In this document: positions 10,760-22,329 of the stretch, in pieces
Layout: every line of letters begins with the position of its first letter
How positions within the stretch are numbered: position 1 is the stretch's first letter
NCBI GenBank assembly: GCA_022813865.1
Contig: JALDZX010000050.1
Location: 124,001 to 150,127, forward strand
Origin: Xylographa opegraphella
Taxonomy: Eukaryota
Length of the DNA: 26,127 nt
Direction: 5' to 3'
Position numbers and translations under genes: made by a program
The notes under the pieces: model-generated
Databases searched by the model: none
The model's input: only the letters and a program-made list of their open reading frames with translations
Told to the model about the DNA's origin: nothing

Positions 10760-13610
10760 TCAGAACCCATGCTGTCTGCCGTCTTCGCCGCCCCCTTTAT
10801 CGCTTGCCATGCTCAACTGCGCGCAGAGGCGGCTCAAAGCCACTGTTTCCGTGGCAGCATAGTAGTCAAGCGCATCCAATAGCAGTCCCAGGTGACGGTT
10901 GAAGTTCTCTTCGTACTTATCAAGCAGTTCGGTCATTTTATTCAAACTATCCGGGTCATATGTCCTCAGGTGGTCAGGTATGGGATGTCGGGAAGAAGGA
11001 TAGCGAGTCGATAGATATGCCAGAGCCCCAGCAGATCCTGCGAGTGTGGCATCTGCAGAGCACAGAGTGCGGGAGAAAGAAGAGGTATTCGCAGCGAAGA
11101 ATGTACAGCACGACATCAGCTTGGCATGAATCTGCGATTGGGTCAGTCATTCGTTTCTCTTGTGGAACAGCCGAAGCCATACCCGCAGAAGTTTGGAATT
11201 CATAAGCATGCACTCTTTCAGGCAAGTGTCCAAAAAATCAACGTGGTCCTCCATGAGCTCATCGACCGTCCGATTAACTTGTTGCTCACCAGTCGGAGCG
11301 CCACCGCCGTCGTTCTTGTTGCCGTTGACCTTGGCCATGAGGTTTTGCCAATTCGGCTCGATCACTTCGGAGGTGCAGTAGTAGGTGAATTGTTGAACAA
11401 AGTTCAGCATACGTGCTCTCAACGTCCATGCCCTCCGTTTCCACATCTCGAGCTTGTGGTTGCCGGATTTATGAGTCCAAGTCATTACCTTGTTATGATC
11501 TTCCCAGCTGCTGACAAGAAGACCCTCAAGATGCCGCATCGAGAGTAGATAACGGAAAAGTATTTGGTAGCGAACCACGGTCTTGCTACTGATAACCAGA
11601 GATAACGGAAACGGGACAGTATATCTGAACTCGAGCGCTTCAAACCCAGTCATCTTGTTATCGTCTTCTATCACCGACGGTGCAACGTGTATACGATGGC
11701 TTTCATCGTTACCATCTTGATCGAACCCCCGAACGTTGACCACGCCCATAAGAAACTTGGTTAAATATTGATCGTTCATGTGTATTTTGACATCCTCCTT
11801 GAAAGGGTCATGCGCTGCGACACTTCCCGGTTGACGCAAGACAAGGTCGAGCAGTGATTGTAGCTTACTAACGTTGACTTCTTTGACTTGCTTTTTGAGT
11901 TCTGAATTGCTCAAGTACAGGAAATAAGAGAAAAAATCGGATCTATCGAGAAAGAAGTAATGCTTCATGGACCGCAGTCGAGCAGGTAATACGTGGATCG
12001 TGAGAAGTAAGTTAAGCAACGAAGAATTGGCATGGGCGTAAGCGGAATTAACATTGTGTAGAAATTGAGGGTCATCGAAAGATTTAGGTACGTCGCGCAC
12101 CTCGATGCTGATGTCGACACCTCCGCATTCTCGGACAACGTTGAGATATTTGCCGGCAAGGAGTACTTTATCCTTAACACCCTCAAGCTGTGGCGGTACA
12201 TCATTTTCACGTATTGTGTACCTTTTCTCCCAGTATTCGTCGGTATAATCCTCCTCAAGACGATCTCTTCTTATACTTTTCTGCTCCTTGATTAGAAACT
12301 CACTGTGCAGGTCCTTAATCCCACCGTGATGTAGCCATTCATTCAACATTGCCATGTAAGGCTTGCTGGAATCACGCAAGAGACCTTGAAGCAGATCTCT
12401 TGCTGCAGGGTCACCGGACATGAACGAGAGGCGTTCGGTGAGAAGCCGGAGCACGTTGCCGCCCTTGCAGATCTTCTTCGACATACCTCCTGGTGCAAGT
12501 TCACCCCCTTCTCGAAGCTGTTCAAGAATGTTGTCGACATCATCGAAATCATCAAAGGAGTCAAGATCTTCTTCTAGAAGCGAATTCTTACGTAGCATCT
12601 CTTGTGCTAGGGTATAAAGCTGGGCGAGCATGTGACTTGTTGGAAGGACATGGAGGTGCAGAACATGTAAAGTGAAAGAAGTATTGCTTGCGAATTGGTG
12701 TTCCATCTGAGCCATGAGTACCAGGTATTCTTTCAGTAGCTTTCGGATCGATGCACAGAGGGCATGATTCACCATTCCAAATTCCTCGCGACTTTGGACC
12801 TCAACGAATGCCTCAACCGCGATGTAGTGAGTAGCCATTTTGAGCATCGTAGTCGAGAGGTCCTGCAAACTTGGATCCAGTCCGGGTAATATCACAAATG
12901 CTGGACCTGCCAAACGTTCTTTCTCTGCGGTTGGGTCATACGAACTGGAAAATCTGACATACTGTCCCTCGTAGCCCATGAACGCGAATAAAAGATCGTC
13001 GAGGATTGCAGACTCTTGGGTGTCGGGAGACAGTTGATCCAGTGGAGTTGGTTCCATCGCCTCGGGCAGCAGGCATGACGGAGTCGGGTTGGAAATTCGT
13101 CCGGCAAGCGGAGCTGTTGTATGAGCGATCAGGGTCGCGAAAGGGGCCCAAAGTGCTAGTAGACAGTGTTAGGATATTGTAACAGTCGTGCTAAGATGAA
13201 CAATTACGGAGCACTTTTCTTTCTGCTTTGGATGAGACACGGCCTGTCTCCTGGTGTGTAACCTCCACATTGTCTCTTTGTATAGATGGCCATTCTGGCG
13301 GTCCATCACCTGCGGCAGCCTTGCAAGGGTTTCTCGTCCGGATCTTGACACTGTCAGTAATAGTTATGTTCGTCCTCTGGCGCTGCCGGTCAGGAAAAAT
13401 CCTCTGCGAGCTGGCCCCTTTATGGGATCCGGAAGCACTCCTCCTATGCGGCGCGTTGCTTGCAGAATCCGAAGGACGCACCTCACCACCTGAGTCTGGA
13501 TATAGTTCGTCGACACGCGGAGGCGGAGCGCGGGGTCTTGCACCTGATGTCGCAGCAGTTCGTCGAGCACTGTGTGCAGGGCCTCTTACTGCATCGAAGC
13601 TAGACATCAT
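10760..13610 (-). CDS. SPC97: Gamma-tubulin complex component GCP2 (Spc97/Alp4), about 915 aa; exons 13610-13208, 13155-11183, 11131-10760
   Basis: Motifs AILDDLLFAFMGYEGQY, FGMVNHALCA, WLHHGGIKD...EFLIKE, YWEKRYTIR, VLLAGKYLNVVRECG, LRSMKHYFFL, VPFPLSLVIS, YQILFRYLL, EVIEPNW, HVDFLDTCLKECML. Two GT-AG introns (52, 51 nt) keep the frame. Confidence 0.93.
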
Positions 13611-13962
13611 CTGGATGTGCCACGCGATACCGCAACAATATCTCTTGCTGCAGGATTGTCAAGGACACCAAGGCCATTAATTCAAGCAAGGTGGGCTTAC
13701 GGGAGACGCGCCGGCGAATGTTTGAAGCACACGCCAAGACCTCGCTTACCTACAGCTCTGATCTCGATGTTGCGTAGACTTGGGATTTTGATCCTAGACT
13801 CAAGGCCTTCTTGCGCATACTGCCACGAAAATAGATCGCTACGCCTGCCAGCAACTCTTCCTCTGACAGTACTGCCTTTGCTTATTCCAGTGTTGTTCTC
13901 ACCTGCTTCTCAACCCCGCATTGGTTACTCACAACAACCACTGGCTAATACCCTATACCAAG

Positions 13963-14922
13963 ATGTTTATCGCAAGGTCTGAATATGGTAAGCTTCGTAC
14001 ACCAAACTCCAGTGCTGTCGAAAGCCATCTGATATCCGACTTCGTCAAACAGATCGCGGTATCAAGTATGTGAAGTCAGGTATCATCCACCAACTTTGCC
14101 TACTGATTATATGTTCCCAGCACCTTCTCGCCAGAAGGGCGTCTTTTCCAAGTTGAATACTCCTTGGAAGCAATCAAACTCGGCTCAACAGCTATAGGTG
14201 TAGGAAATCTACTTGCCATTTCACTGAGCTGTTGCTAAATACATGTCAGGTCGCCACAGGTGATGGGGTCATACTCGGTGTCGAGAAGCGTGTCACTTCT
14301 ACTCTTCTTGAAACGTCCGGAGTGGAAAAGATATTCGAGATTGATCGCCATATCGGCTGCGCCATGTCCGGACTGCAAGCCGATGCTCGTTCCATGATTG
14401 AACATGCACGTGTCGAAAGCCAAAACCACACCTTTCACTACAGCGAACCGTTGCGGGTGGAAAGCTGTACACAAGCTATATGTGACCTGGCGTTGAGGTT
14501 CGGGGAGGGAGCCGAGGGCGAGGAGAGTATCATGAGTCGGCCCTTTGGAGTGGCCCTCTTGATCGCTGGCGTGGACGAAGATGGACCTCAATTGTAGCTT
14601 CCTCTTTCCAGCGATAGCTTAATCGGCACAGCTAACTTTCAACAGGTTCCATGCCGAGCCCTCGGGAACGTTCTATAGATACGATGCTAAGGCGATAGGG
14701 TCTGGTTCTGAGGGCGCTCAGGCAGAATTACAGAACGAGTTTCATAAGTCACTGACGCTCCAGGAGGCAGAAACAATGGTACTCAAGACACTAAAACAAG
14801 TGATGGAGGAGAAGCTGGATTCAAAGAACGTACAGCTGGCCAGCGTGACACGAGAAAAGGGATTTCGAATCTACAGTGATGAAGAAATGTCCGAAGTAGT
14901 GAGTAGATTACCTACCAATTAA
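13963..14922 (+). CDS. PUP2: 20S proteasome subunit alpha-5, 245 aa; exons 13963-13987, 14053-14065, 14121-14199, 14250-14593, 14646-14922
   Basis: The spliced product reads [39 protein letters not shown] (alpha-type signature), ...[13 protein letters not shown]..., ...[16 protein letters not shown]...[14 protein letters not shown]. Four GT-AG introns, total 738 nt. Confidence 0.97.
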
Positions 14923-15589
14923 GATATCAAATATCGGACATAAAGCGTATTTTACCTCTACTATGCACGCTCCGGAGAACGCGAGCTTTTTCTGTTAAGC
15001 TGTTGTATCAAAGCCTTTAAGTCAACGGAGTCCGCCTGCTTCCAAGCCATGGGCACGGAAAGGGTGCTTCGCCTTATTCCAAATATTCTGGATGGGAACA
15101 CCATGGGGACGGAAAACGTTTGGGCAGGATCTAAGTTTTGGGAGGCTTATAAGTCCTTCGATCCAGGCTGCTGCATTCAGTCCAGTGAACATTCAGTACA
15201 AATTGACCGGGATCCAAGTCCGAACATCACACAGTTTGCGCTAGACACAATTGGTTCCATTGTCATTCTTCTCTCCGCTGTCTATCACATCCATGCCTTG
15301 TGGTGTATGAAGCGCTGACCAATGTACTTGTGATATTTGATTAATCGTGTAATGTATGATCTCTGCTCGAAAGTCGTGGACTTGCTTGGAGGCAGCGGAA
15401 GCTCGAAACACAATATATACAGAACCAGGTCTGCCGAAGTTCCCCGCAACGTTAAGTCCGTCTCCCAGCCCCTCGAGCTTTGTGGGCTGTAGAATTGTTT
15501 ACGATGTAGAGTAGAGGTATACTTTGGAGGCTTACCGTATACATATAACCAGTACATGCTATTGCAACCACAAATAGCAGTAAAACCTC

Positions 15590-16492
15590 ATGGCATCTTT
15601 GGTGTTCTCTTCTCCACCACCGTCCACTTCTTTCACGGCCATCTCTTTTCCTAAACCGCACATCCTACTCGTCACTCTTTGCCGCCCCAAGTCGTTGAAC
15701 TGTATCGATTCTGCGGGGAACCAAGAATTGGAGACAATATGGACTTGGCTTGACAACGAGCCGTCGTTACGGGTTGGGATTGTGACAGGTCAAGGTCGGG
15801 CATTCTGCGCCGGAGCCGATCTCAAAGGTGACTTTGTTCCCAGATCTTTCTACAAGTTACTCGTTTAGACTTTGACCCTCTGACCAATTTGCCATGAAGC
15901 AGAATGGAACACCGCCAATCAATCACAGCAGTCCCGTAGTCTGTTCTCTACTGGCGGCTTCGGCGGGCTCTCCACTCGCTCGGGCAAAAAGCCAGTCATT
16001 GCTGCGGTCAATGGAATCTGTTTTGGTGGAGGCTGCGAGATGATTATCAACTGCGATATCGTTCTTGCGTCCTCGTCTGCTTCGATTGGCCTCCCAGAAG
16101 TCAAGCGTGGCGTCATCGCCCTTGCCGGCGCCCTTCCTCGCCTGGTGCGAACGGTCGGCAAGCAGCGGGCTATGGAGATGTCCCTCACCGGTCGGACACT
16201 GAAGGCTGAGGAAGCTAAGCAGTGGGGGCTAGTGAACAAGGTGGTTGAGGGTCACGAGCTTCTGAACGAGGCCATCCGGTGGGCAGAGGAAATTGCTGGG
16301 AACAGTCCTGACAGTGTCATTGTGTCAAGGGAGGGAGTGAAGATGGGCTGGGATGGTTCCGGAGCGCAGGAAGGGACAGAGACATTGAAGAAGGAGTGGT
16401 ATAGCAGGATCGATGGTGGAGAAAATATGCGGGAAGGAGTGATGGCTTTTGTGGAGAAGAGGAAACCAATATGGGTAGACAGTAAGCTTTGA
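15590..16492 (+). CDS. Enoyl-CoA hydratase/isomerase (crotonase) family protein with PTS1, 275 aa; exons 15590-15827, 15903-16492
   Basis: Motifs GRAFCAGADLK, KPVIAAVNG.CFGGGCE, GLPEVKRG (both crotonase catalytic Glu positions), and C-terminal SKL. One 75-nt intron. Confidence 0.93.
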
Positions 16493-16597
16493 AGTGGTAA
16501 GAAAGTTACATCGTATTCTTTGGAGTTGTCTCTATATCTCATGAAGATGTTATTTCTTGAGAAGTGTATGTTTGCCACCCTGACTAGTGTTGGCATC

Positions 16598-17290
16598 TCA
16601 TGGCATCAGAGGATTGCGCAGATCCAAGGCTATAGGCCTTTTACGCGACACCCTGTCGTTTGCCACTGACGATGTTTCCAGTGTTGGCTGCCTTGCTGGC
16701 TGTTGACAATCCCTCATTGAAGTACATCCGGCATTTTCACAATCATCGCGAGGGTCTCTTCCGGCCAGCTGCAATTTCTCTGCTTTGGTACTATTCGTGT
16801 CCCGTGGCTCAGTATCACCTGTCGCTGAAGCCACGTCCGTACCAGGTTGTCTGTTCGTCTCCTCGTCTTCATCCCATGCCTCCAGTCCAAGGTTTGTTCT
16901 GATCGTTCGGACCTCCTCCCTTAACGACAACAGCAAGTCCTCTCTGGTGACAGCTTTTCTTCTCGTCTGAATCTCGACTAAAATTCTAGGATGACCAAGT
17001 TTTTCAAGGATCTGTTCGACCTCACTGAGTTGACAAGGATATTGCTTTGACGTTGGTGTACTCTTTGGTGTCATGGTAAGTGGATTTGGTGCTTTGGATG
17101 CTCCCGGAGTGCTCATAGGCTCGGACCATTCGAGGAAGTTTGAGGCTGTTGTCCCATCAGCTTGGGAATCTGGTCCGGTGTTGTCTGTCAATTGGGTTGA
17201 AGTTAAGTCAGGTTTAGAGTACCATCGTGGTGTATTATACGAGGAACCTTGTGATAGTGTCATTTCTTTGTTTGCTTGAGTCGCCGACAT
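16598..17290 (-). CDS. Hypothetical protein, 230 aa, S/T/P-rich, no recognised domain
   Basis: An ATG-initiated 693-nt ORF fills an otherwise empty interval and is not an antisense shadow of another gene. I recognise no homology, and exon boundaries are unverified. Confidence 0.5.
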   Translation of the reverse strand: MSATQANKEMTLSQGSSYNTPRWYSKPDLTSTQLTDNTGPDSQADGTTASNFLEWSEPMSTPGASKAPNPLTMTPKSTPTSKQYPCQLSEVEQILEKLGHPRILVEIQTRRKAVTREDLLLSLREEVRTIRTNLGLEAWDEDEETNRQPGTDVASATGDTEPRDTNSTKAEKLQLAGRDPRDDCENAGCTSMRDCQQPARQPTLETSSVANDRVSRKRPIALDLRNPLMP

Positions 17291-17871
17291 AGCCGAATAG
17301 CCCTTTGGAGAAGAATTTGCAATAGTGATAGAAGCTGAATCTTGTGTCTAGGCCGTGATCGCTATTTGGACCCTACTTGAAACTGAATGGCATGCTCAGC
17401 TCGATACTGACTTTGTAAAAGCTAAAAAAAATTGTAGGTGTGGCCATTTTGAGTTCCTTTCTCAGAGAAATTGGTGATGATGCGATAAAAGAATACTAGG
17501 GTACAACACTTTATCAAGAAATGTTAGGTAATTGTGAATCATGTGGCGCCTCAACTACCGAGCGGTGAAGTCAGGGTCAAAGATTGCCATGGTCTTTATT
17601 GCTTGGGAAATGGACGACAGAATGCCTTTCACTTTCTTTTACAAAGAGAACGACTTGCATCGATTTCAAGATACTCGAGAAGTGCAATGCAAAGACTGTT
17701 CAGGCATTCAATATAACTGTATGAATGTGTGATAGCATTTCGCAAGTGAAAAGCTCGACATCAGCTTGAGTCTTACAAGGAAGTTTAGCTTTCAAGCTGA
17801 CTCCAAACTTTGAGTGCCAGATCAGTACCTGGACACAAGGCTGCTTCGAGACATAACCAAAGCGGGTGCCA

Positions 17872-18433
17872 TCAACAATAGTCGACCCAAATGTCGCGCG
17901 CATACTCTTCGGTCAACCGAGAATCTGGTCCATATCTATTGAAGATCATTAGCGTCTAAACACATATAATGACTACAGGGTTTGGCCCAAAGGTCTGCTT
18001 ACTTTTCCTGCCATTTTACGAAACCACCATCAAGAATGTAAATCTTCTGCTTGGTGCCTTCCCCTTTGGAACCGTCGCCTGTTTTCTCTACTTCCCCAGC
18101 TCTCGTTGCCGTGTGGGCAGCAGAATCAATCTGATTGGTGCTTGAAAATAGCCTGGCCCGCTCTAGAGCATACCGTCTTGCCGCTGTAGGGCCTCGCTGC
18201 TGGCTAAGGGCACAATGAAAGATGACAATGTCTTTCCCACTCAAAGTGCGGACCAATTCTGGGATTTTGTGGTCAAGAGTCGATGAGGGTACATGGGTGG
18301 ATGAAAAGATATGCCCACCAACATGGTCATCGTCTCGGACATCAATCACCGCTATGGAAGGACGCGCTGTAACGGGTTTCAAAAGGAAGGCGGAGAGATC
18401 TTCACGGGTTATATAGCTTGGAGGGGAAGACAT
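17872..18433 (-). CDS. YCH1: Small Cdc25-like rhodanese-fold phosphatase/arsenate reductase (Ych1/Ibp1/Acr2 family), about 164 aa; exons 18433-18003, 17935-17872
   Basis: Motifs VIDVRDDDHVGGHI, active site FHCALSQQRGP (HCX5R), YILDGGFVKWQEK-YGPDSRLTEEYARDIW. 67-nt GTAAGC...CTAAT...TAG intron. Confidence 0.9.
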
Positions 18434-18888
18434 TGAGAATGCTTTCAATGGCTGAATCAGTGCAGTACCCCGTAGAGAATTTGATGTAAACGTTGAAACA
18501 ACTTGGAGAAAGCTAGAAAGGGAAGCCGATAATAACAACCTTATGTGACTAAATTAGTAGAATCCGAGCTGTGGGTCGGACACAGGCAGCTCTCGGAGAT
18601 GTAGCAATAATGCCTCAACTACTCAACAATCCGCTTCGTGGACTTGATTGTGTATAGTGGAGTCAACGCTGGCAACTGGTTGGGAAGAGAAGTAGAAAAC
18701 TATCCGGAGCTATTTCTCCATGTCACACAAGCGGGAACAGAGCGGGAGAACAACAGGGGTGGGGCGTGCTGCTAGCGGCTTACCAAACTTTTTGCCGCAC
18801 AAAAGTTCTCGTCTCGATCTACGACCCATTCGCCGTTGCCCTCTACATCTGCGCATTCAGCAGCGTGCGATCTTGACAAGCCGCAAGA

Positions 18889-21011
18889 ATGAAAACGACG
18901 TGGAAAGAAATCCAGCCCGTACCCACGAGTCAGGAATTCCTTGACATTGTCTTGAGCCGCACCCAACGACGCTTGCCTACACAAATACGAGCTGGATTTA
19001 AGATCAGTAGGATTCGAGGTAACTGGCATTGTTCTCAATGATCGAGCTTCGCTAAGCGAAAACAGCGTTCTACACCCGCAAGGTCAAGTATACACAGGAG
19101 ACCTTCACGGAAAAGCTGTCCGCAATCCTTGAGGGATTTCCGCGCCTGCAAGACATCCATCCATTTCGTATGTCGAGCCCGCCGAGAAAATGGCACACTG
19201 CACAAATGCTAAGGATTGAAATTCAGACAAGGACCTTCTCAATACCCTGTACGATGCCGACCACTTTCGTATTGCGCTTGGGCAATTATCGACGGCCAAA
19301 CATCTCATCGAAACTGTCTCACGTGATTACGTTCGTTTGCTGAAGTATGCCCAATCTTTGTTCCAATGCAAACAGCTCAAGCGCGCTGCCCTTGGGCGTA
19401 TGGCCACGATTTGTCGGCGTCTGAAGGACCCTCTTGTGTATTTGGAACAAGTACGGCAGCATCTTGGCCGCTTACCCTCTATCGATCCAAATACACGGAC
19501 GCTCCTCATTTGTGGGTACCCAAATGTCGGCAAGTCAAGCTTCTTGAGGAGTATTACAAGGGCGGATGTTGATGTACAACCTTATGCATTTACGACGAAA
19601 AGTCTGTTTGTTGGACACTTTGACTACAAATATTTGAGATTCCAAGCCATTGATACCCCAGGTATACTGGACCATCCACTGGAAGAGATGAACACAATTG
19701 AGATGCAGTCGATCACTGCCATAGCTCACTTACGTTCGGCTATACTTTACTTCATGGATCTCTCGGAGCAATGCGGATATTCGGTTCAAGCGCAGATTCA
19801 ACTTTTCCAGAGTATCAAACCTTTATTTGCAAATAAGCTCGTATTCGTCGTCATCAACAAAATTGATGTTATGCGACCAGAGGATCTGGATCTGGAGACC
19901 AAAGAAAAGCTGGACGCAATACTCAAACCAGGAGATGTAGAACTTCTTCAACTCTCGTGCACAACTACTAAAGGTGTCACGGAAGTGAAAAATGCTGCAT
20001 GTGAGAGACTGATTGCAGATCGGGTAGCCCAGAAGCTCAAGACTGGATCTAACAACAGTGGCACTATTGGTGGTAGACTAGGCGACGTTCTAACCCGGAT
20101 ACATGTGGCTCAACCTCTTGATGGCATACTTCGAGAACCGTTCATTCCGGATGCTGTGAAAACCCTGAGAAAGTTCAACAAGGATGACGTGGACAGACCA
20201 AGGCTCGCGCGAGAAATCGAGGAAGCTGAGGGAGGCGCCGGTGTTTTTAATGTGGACTTGAAACAAAAGTATCTGTTCGACAACGACGAGTGGAAACACG
20301 ACAAGGTACCCGAGGTCTTCCTAGGCAAGAACGTTTACGACTTCGTAGACCCCGATATCGAAGCTAAACTTGCTGCACTGGAAGAGGAGGAAGAGCAGTT
20401 AGAGGCCGAGGGCTACTACCATTCTGATGAAGACATTGAAGATGCTGACGAGGCTGACATTCGTGGGAAAGCCGAGTTAATCCGCGAAAAGCGGCAACTG
20501 ATTAGAAACGAGGCGAAGATGAAGAAATCGCTGAAGAACCGCGCTGTCATACCGAGAACCGCGCTGAAGAAGAAACTTTCCACGATGGAGGATCAATTGG
20601 ATCAGCTGGGATATGATATCACATCACTGTCTGCTCGTGCGCGGTCACAATCACGAGGCCGCAGCGTACCGAGAAGTCGGACGGTCACAGGAGACATCAT
20701 GGATATTGACAACCCAGATAGTGCACGGGATGGCACAGGCTCGAAGAGCCGCGCCAGAAGCCAGAGTAACCGCCGGGATGACGGCGTTACGAGCCTGACA
20801 GCACGAAGTAAGGCAGATAGGCTCGCGAAGCTGGGCCAGCAGAGGATGAACAGGATGGCGCGACAAGGAGAAGCAGACAGGCATGTTCCAGCTACCATGC
20901 CGAAGCACCTGGTAAGTCTATCTTGTTGTTCGAAGCTTTGAATGGAGAGTGCTGACAGATTCCTCCAAGTTCTCTGGCAAACGCACGATGGGCAAAACTC
21001 AACGACGTTGA
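18889..21011 (+). CDS. NOG1: Nucleolar GTP-binding protein 1 (60S biogenesis), about 652 aa; exons 18889-19018, 19066-19167, 19227-20911, 20970-21011
   Basis: [28 protein letters not shown]1 GYPNVGKS, G2 YAFTT, G3 DTPG, G4 NKID, and C-terminal [17 protein letters not shown]. Confidence 0.97.
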
Positions 21012-21465
21012 TACTCCAGCTTTGGGGAACAAACTTTATGTGTCGGCATAGCATCGGCGCTTGGAAATCTGGACTGGCGATCTGGCGATGTAACTTGAAC
21101 TTCAGCATGATACCAAGGATGGGACAAAGGGATGAGCTATGATCAGATTTGTGTAGTACACAGCATAAACCTCTCCATGACCCCGACTCGAACATCGTGC
21201 CGACACCATGGCTTCTTGTTCCTAGTAATATGGCAGTTCATCCGTGCTCACGCATAATGCGTACCCCCTCCGCTCCTTACGATAGCCATGTGAAGTCTTG
21301 CTCCTTGTTCCAAAGTACTGCTTAATCCGCGGTTGACAAACCCGGCCGCCTTGGCAGCATTGTCAGTATGAAGGATCATCATCACCACACTTCCTCGGGC
21401 GGCGCCTTGAAGGGCTACCAAAGATGGGTGGCAAATAAGATCAATCAGAAGATGAGATGTAGCAA

Positions 21466-21577
21466 ACACGATTCTGTCCGACATCGTGTCTAGAATACGG
21501 AAGGTACGGGCAGGCGTTTTCTCTGGGCCCGAAGCCGGACCACCGAAAGGGTCCCGCTCGGGCCGCCGAGATTCTAG
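21466..21577. other. GC-rich nested inverted-repeat element, candidate structured ncRNA of unassigned family
   Basis: Hairpin 21526-21564 (GGCCCG/CGGGCC, AGC/GCT, GGAC/GTCC, CC-GAAA-GG), flanking TCTC/GAGA, outer CTAGAAT/ATTCTAG (21490-21496/21571-21577), and a separate ACACGAT/ATCGTGT hairpin (21466-21489). Confidence 0.35.
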
Positions 21578-22329
21578 CTCCTGGCCCCAGGGCCGTGGGC
21601 GGGCGCCGCGGGATCATCCAAAAAAACTTCATGCGACTAACGTAAGGCACCATACAGAGAAAGGGCATATGAATCATAGCAGAACGTCATGACACTACGT
21701 ACCTTGTGAACAAAATAACAATAGCAACCAGTAGAGGAAATATTGTTCTACCCGATGGTCTAGCCAGTGTCCCGCACACCACTCGCTGGCTGTGTGGGAC
21801 CACACTATCCTCCGAATGTCGTCCACTTTCAAGCATTGAGCGGTAAGCAATCCTTGTACGCCGAACAATCCCCACATACAAACATGCAGCTAGAAGCTCA
21901 CCAAGCATCCGTTGAAGCTAGACTATAGGTCTGATCCGTCCGTCTTTGCACTTCTTTCTTCCTTCATCACCCAGCCACATCCACCTACCAAACCCCAACT
22001 ACGTTGTATGGCGAGGGAACAAGTGGACAGGTGGGCTCGGAAAAGATACTTCGGGTGAACAAACTTGTGACACCGCGGGCGTCCAGTGCATAGGCTGAAA
22101 GGAACCGAATCTTGAACAGGCAAGAATCGGGTCAATTGTGAACAAAAGGTACAACCTGGCATTACAACCGTATTCTCTACTGTAGCGATAATCCTGTCGA
22201 AAATCCTCAACTACAATCGCCCCAAAATCCTCCACGTCTTCTGGCTCCATCTATCGCCTGTTTATCTCGGTTCATGTTTGCTGACCGATATTATTGAGGA
22301 TAGTATAGAGGTCTCGGGCAATCTCAGCC

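Noticed and set aside
16571..16579. Perfect yeast PACE (GGTGGCAAA) here (reverse) and at 21427-21435
   Set aside because: Neither is in the PUP2 promoter: one lies between convergent stop codons and the other is far from any proteasome gene. Likely chance.
21181..21197. B-box/T-loop-like GTTCGAGTC on the - strand
   Set aside because: The T-stem does not pair and there is no matching tRNA 5' half. At most it is an isolated B-box-like sequence.
21248..22250. Several 60-95 aa ORFs in the NOG1-MET13 spacer
   Set aside because: They are short, mostly have non-ATG starts, and show no motifs or convincing splice structure.
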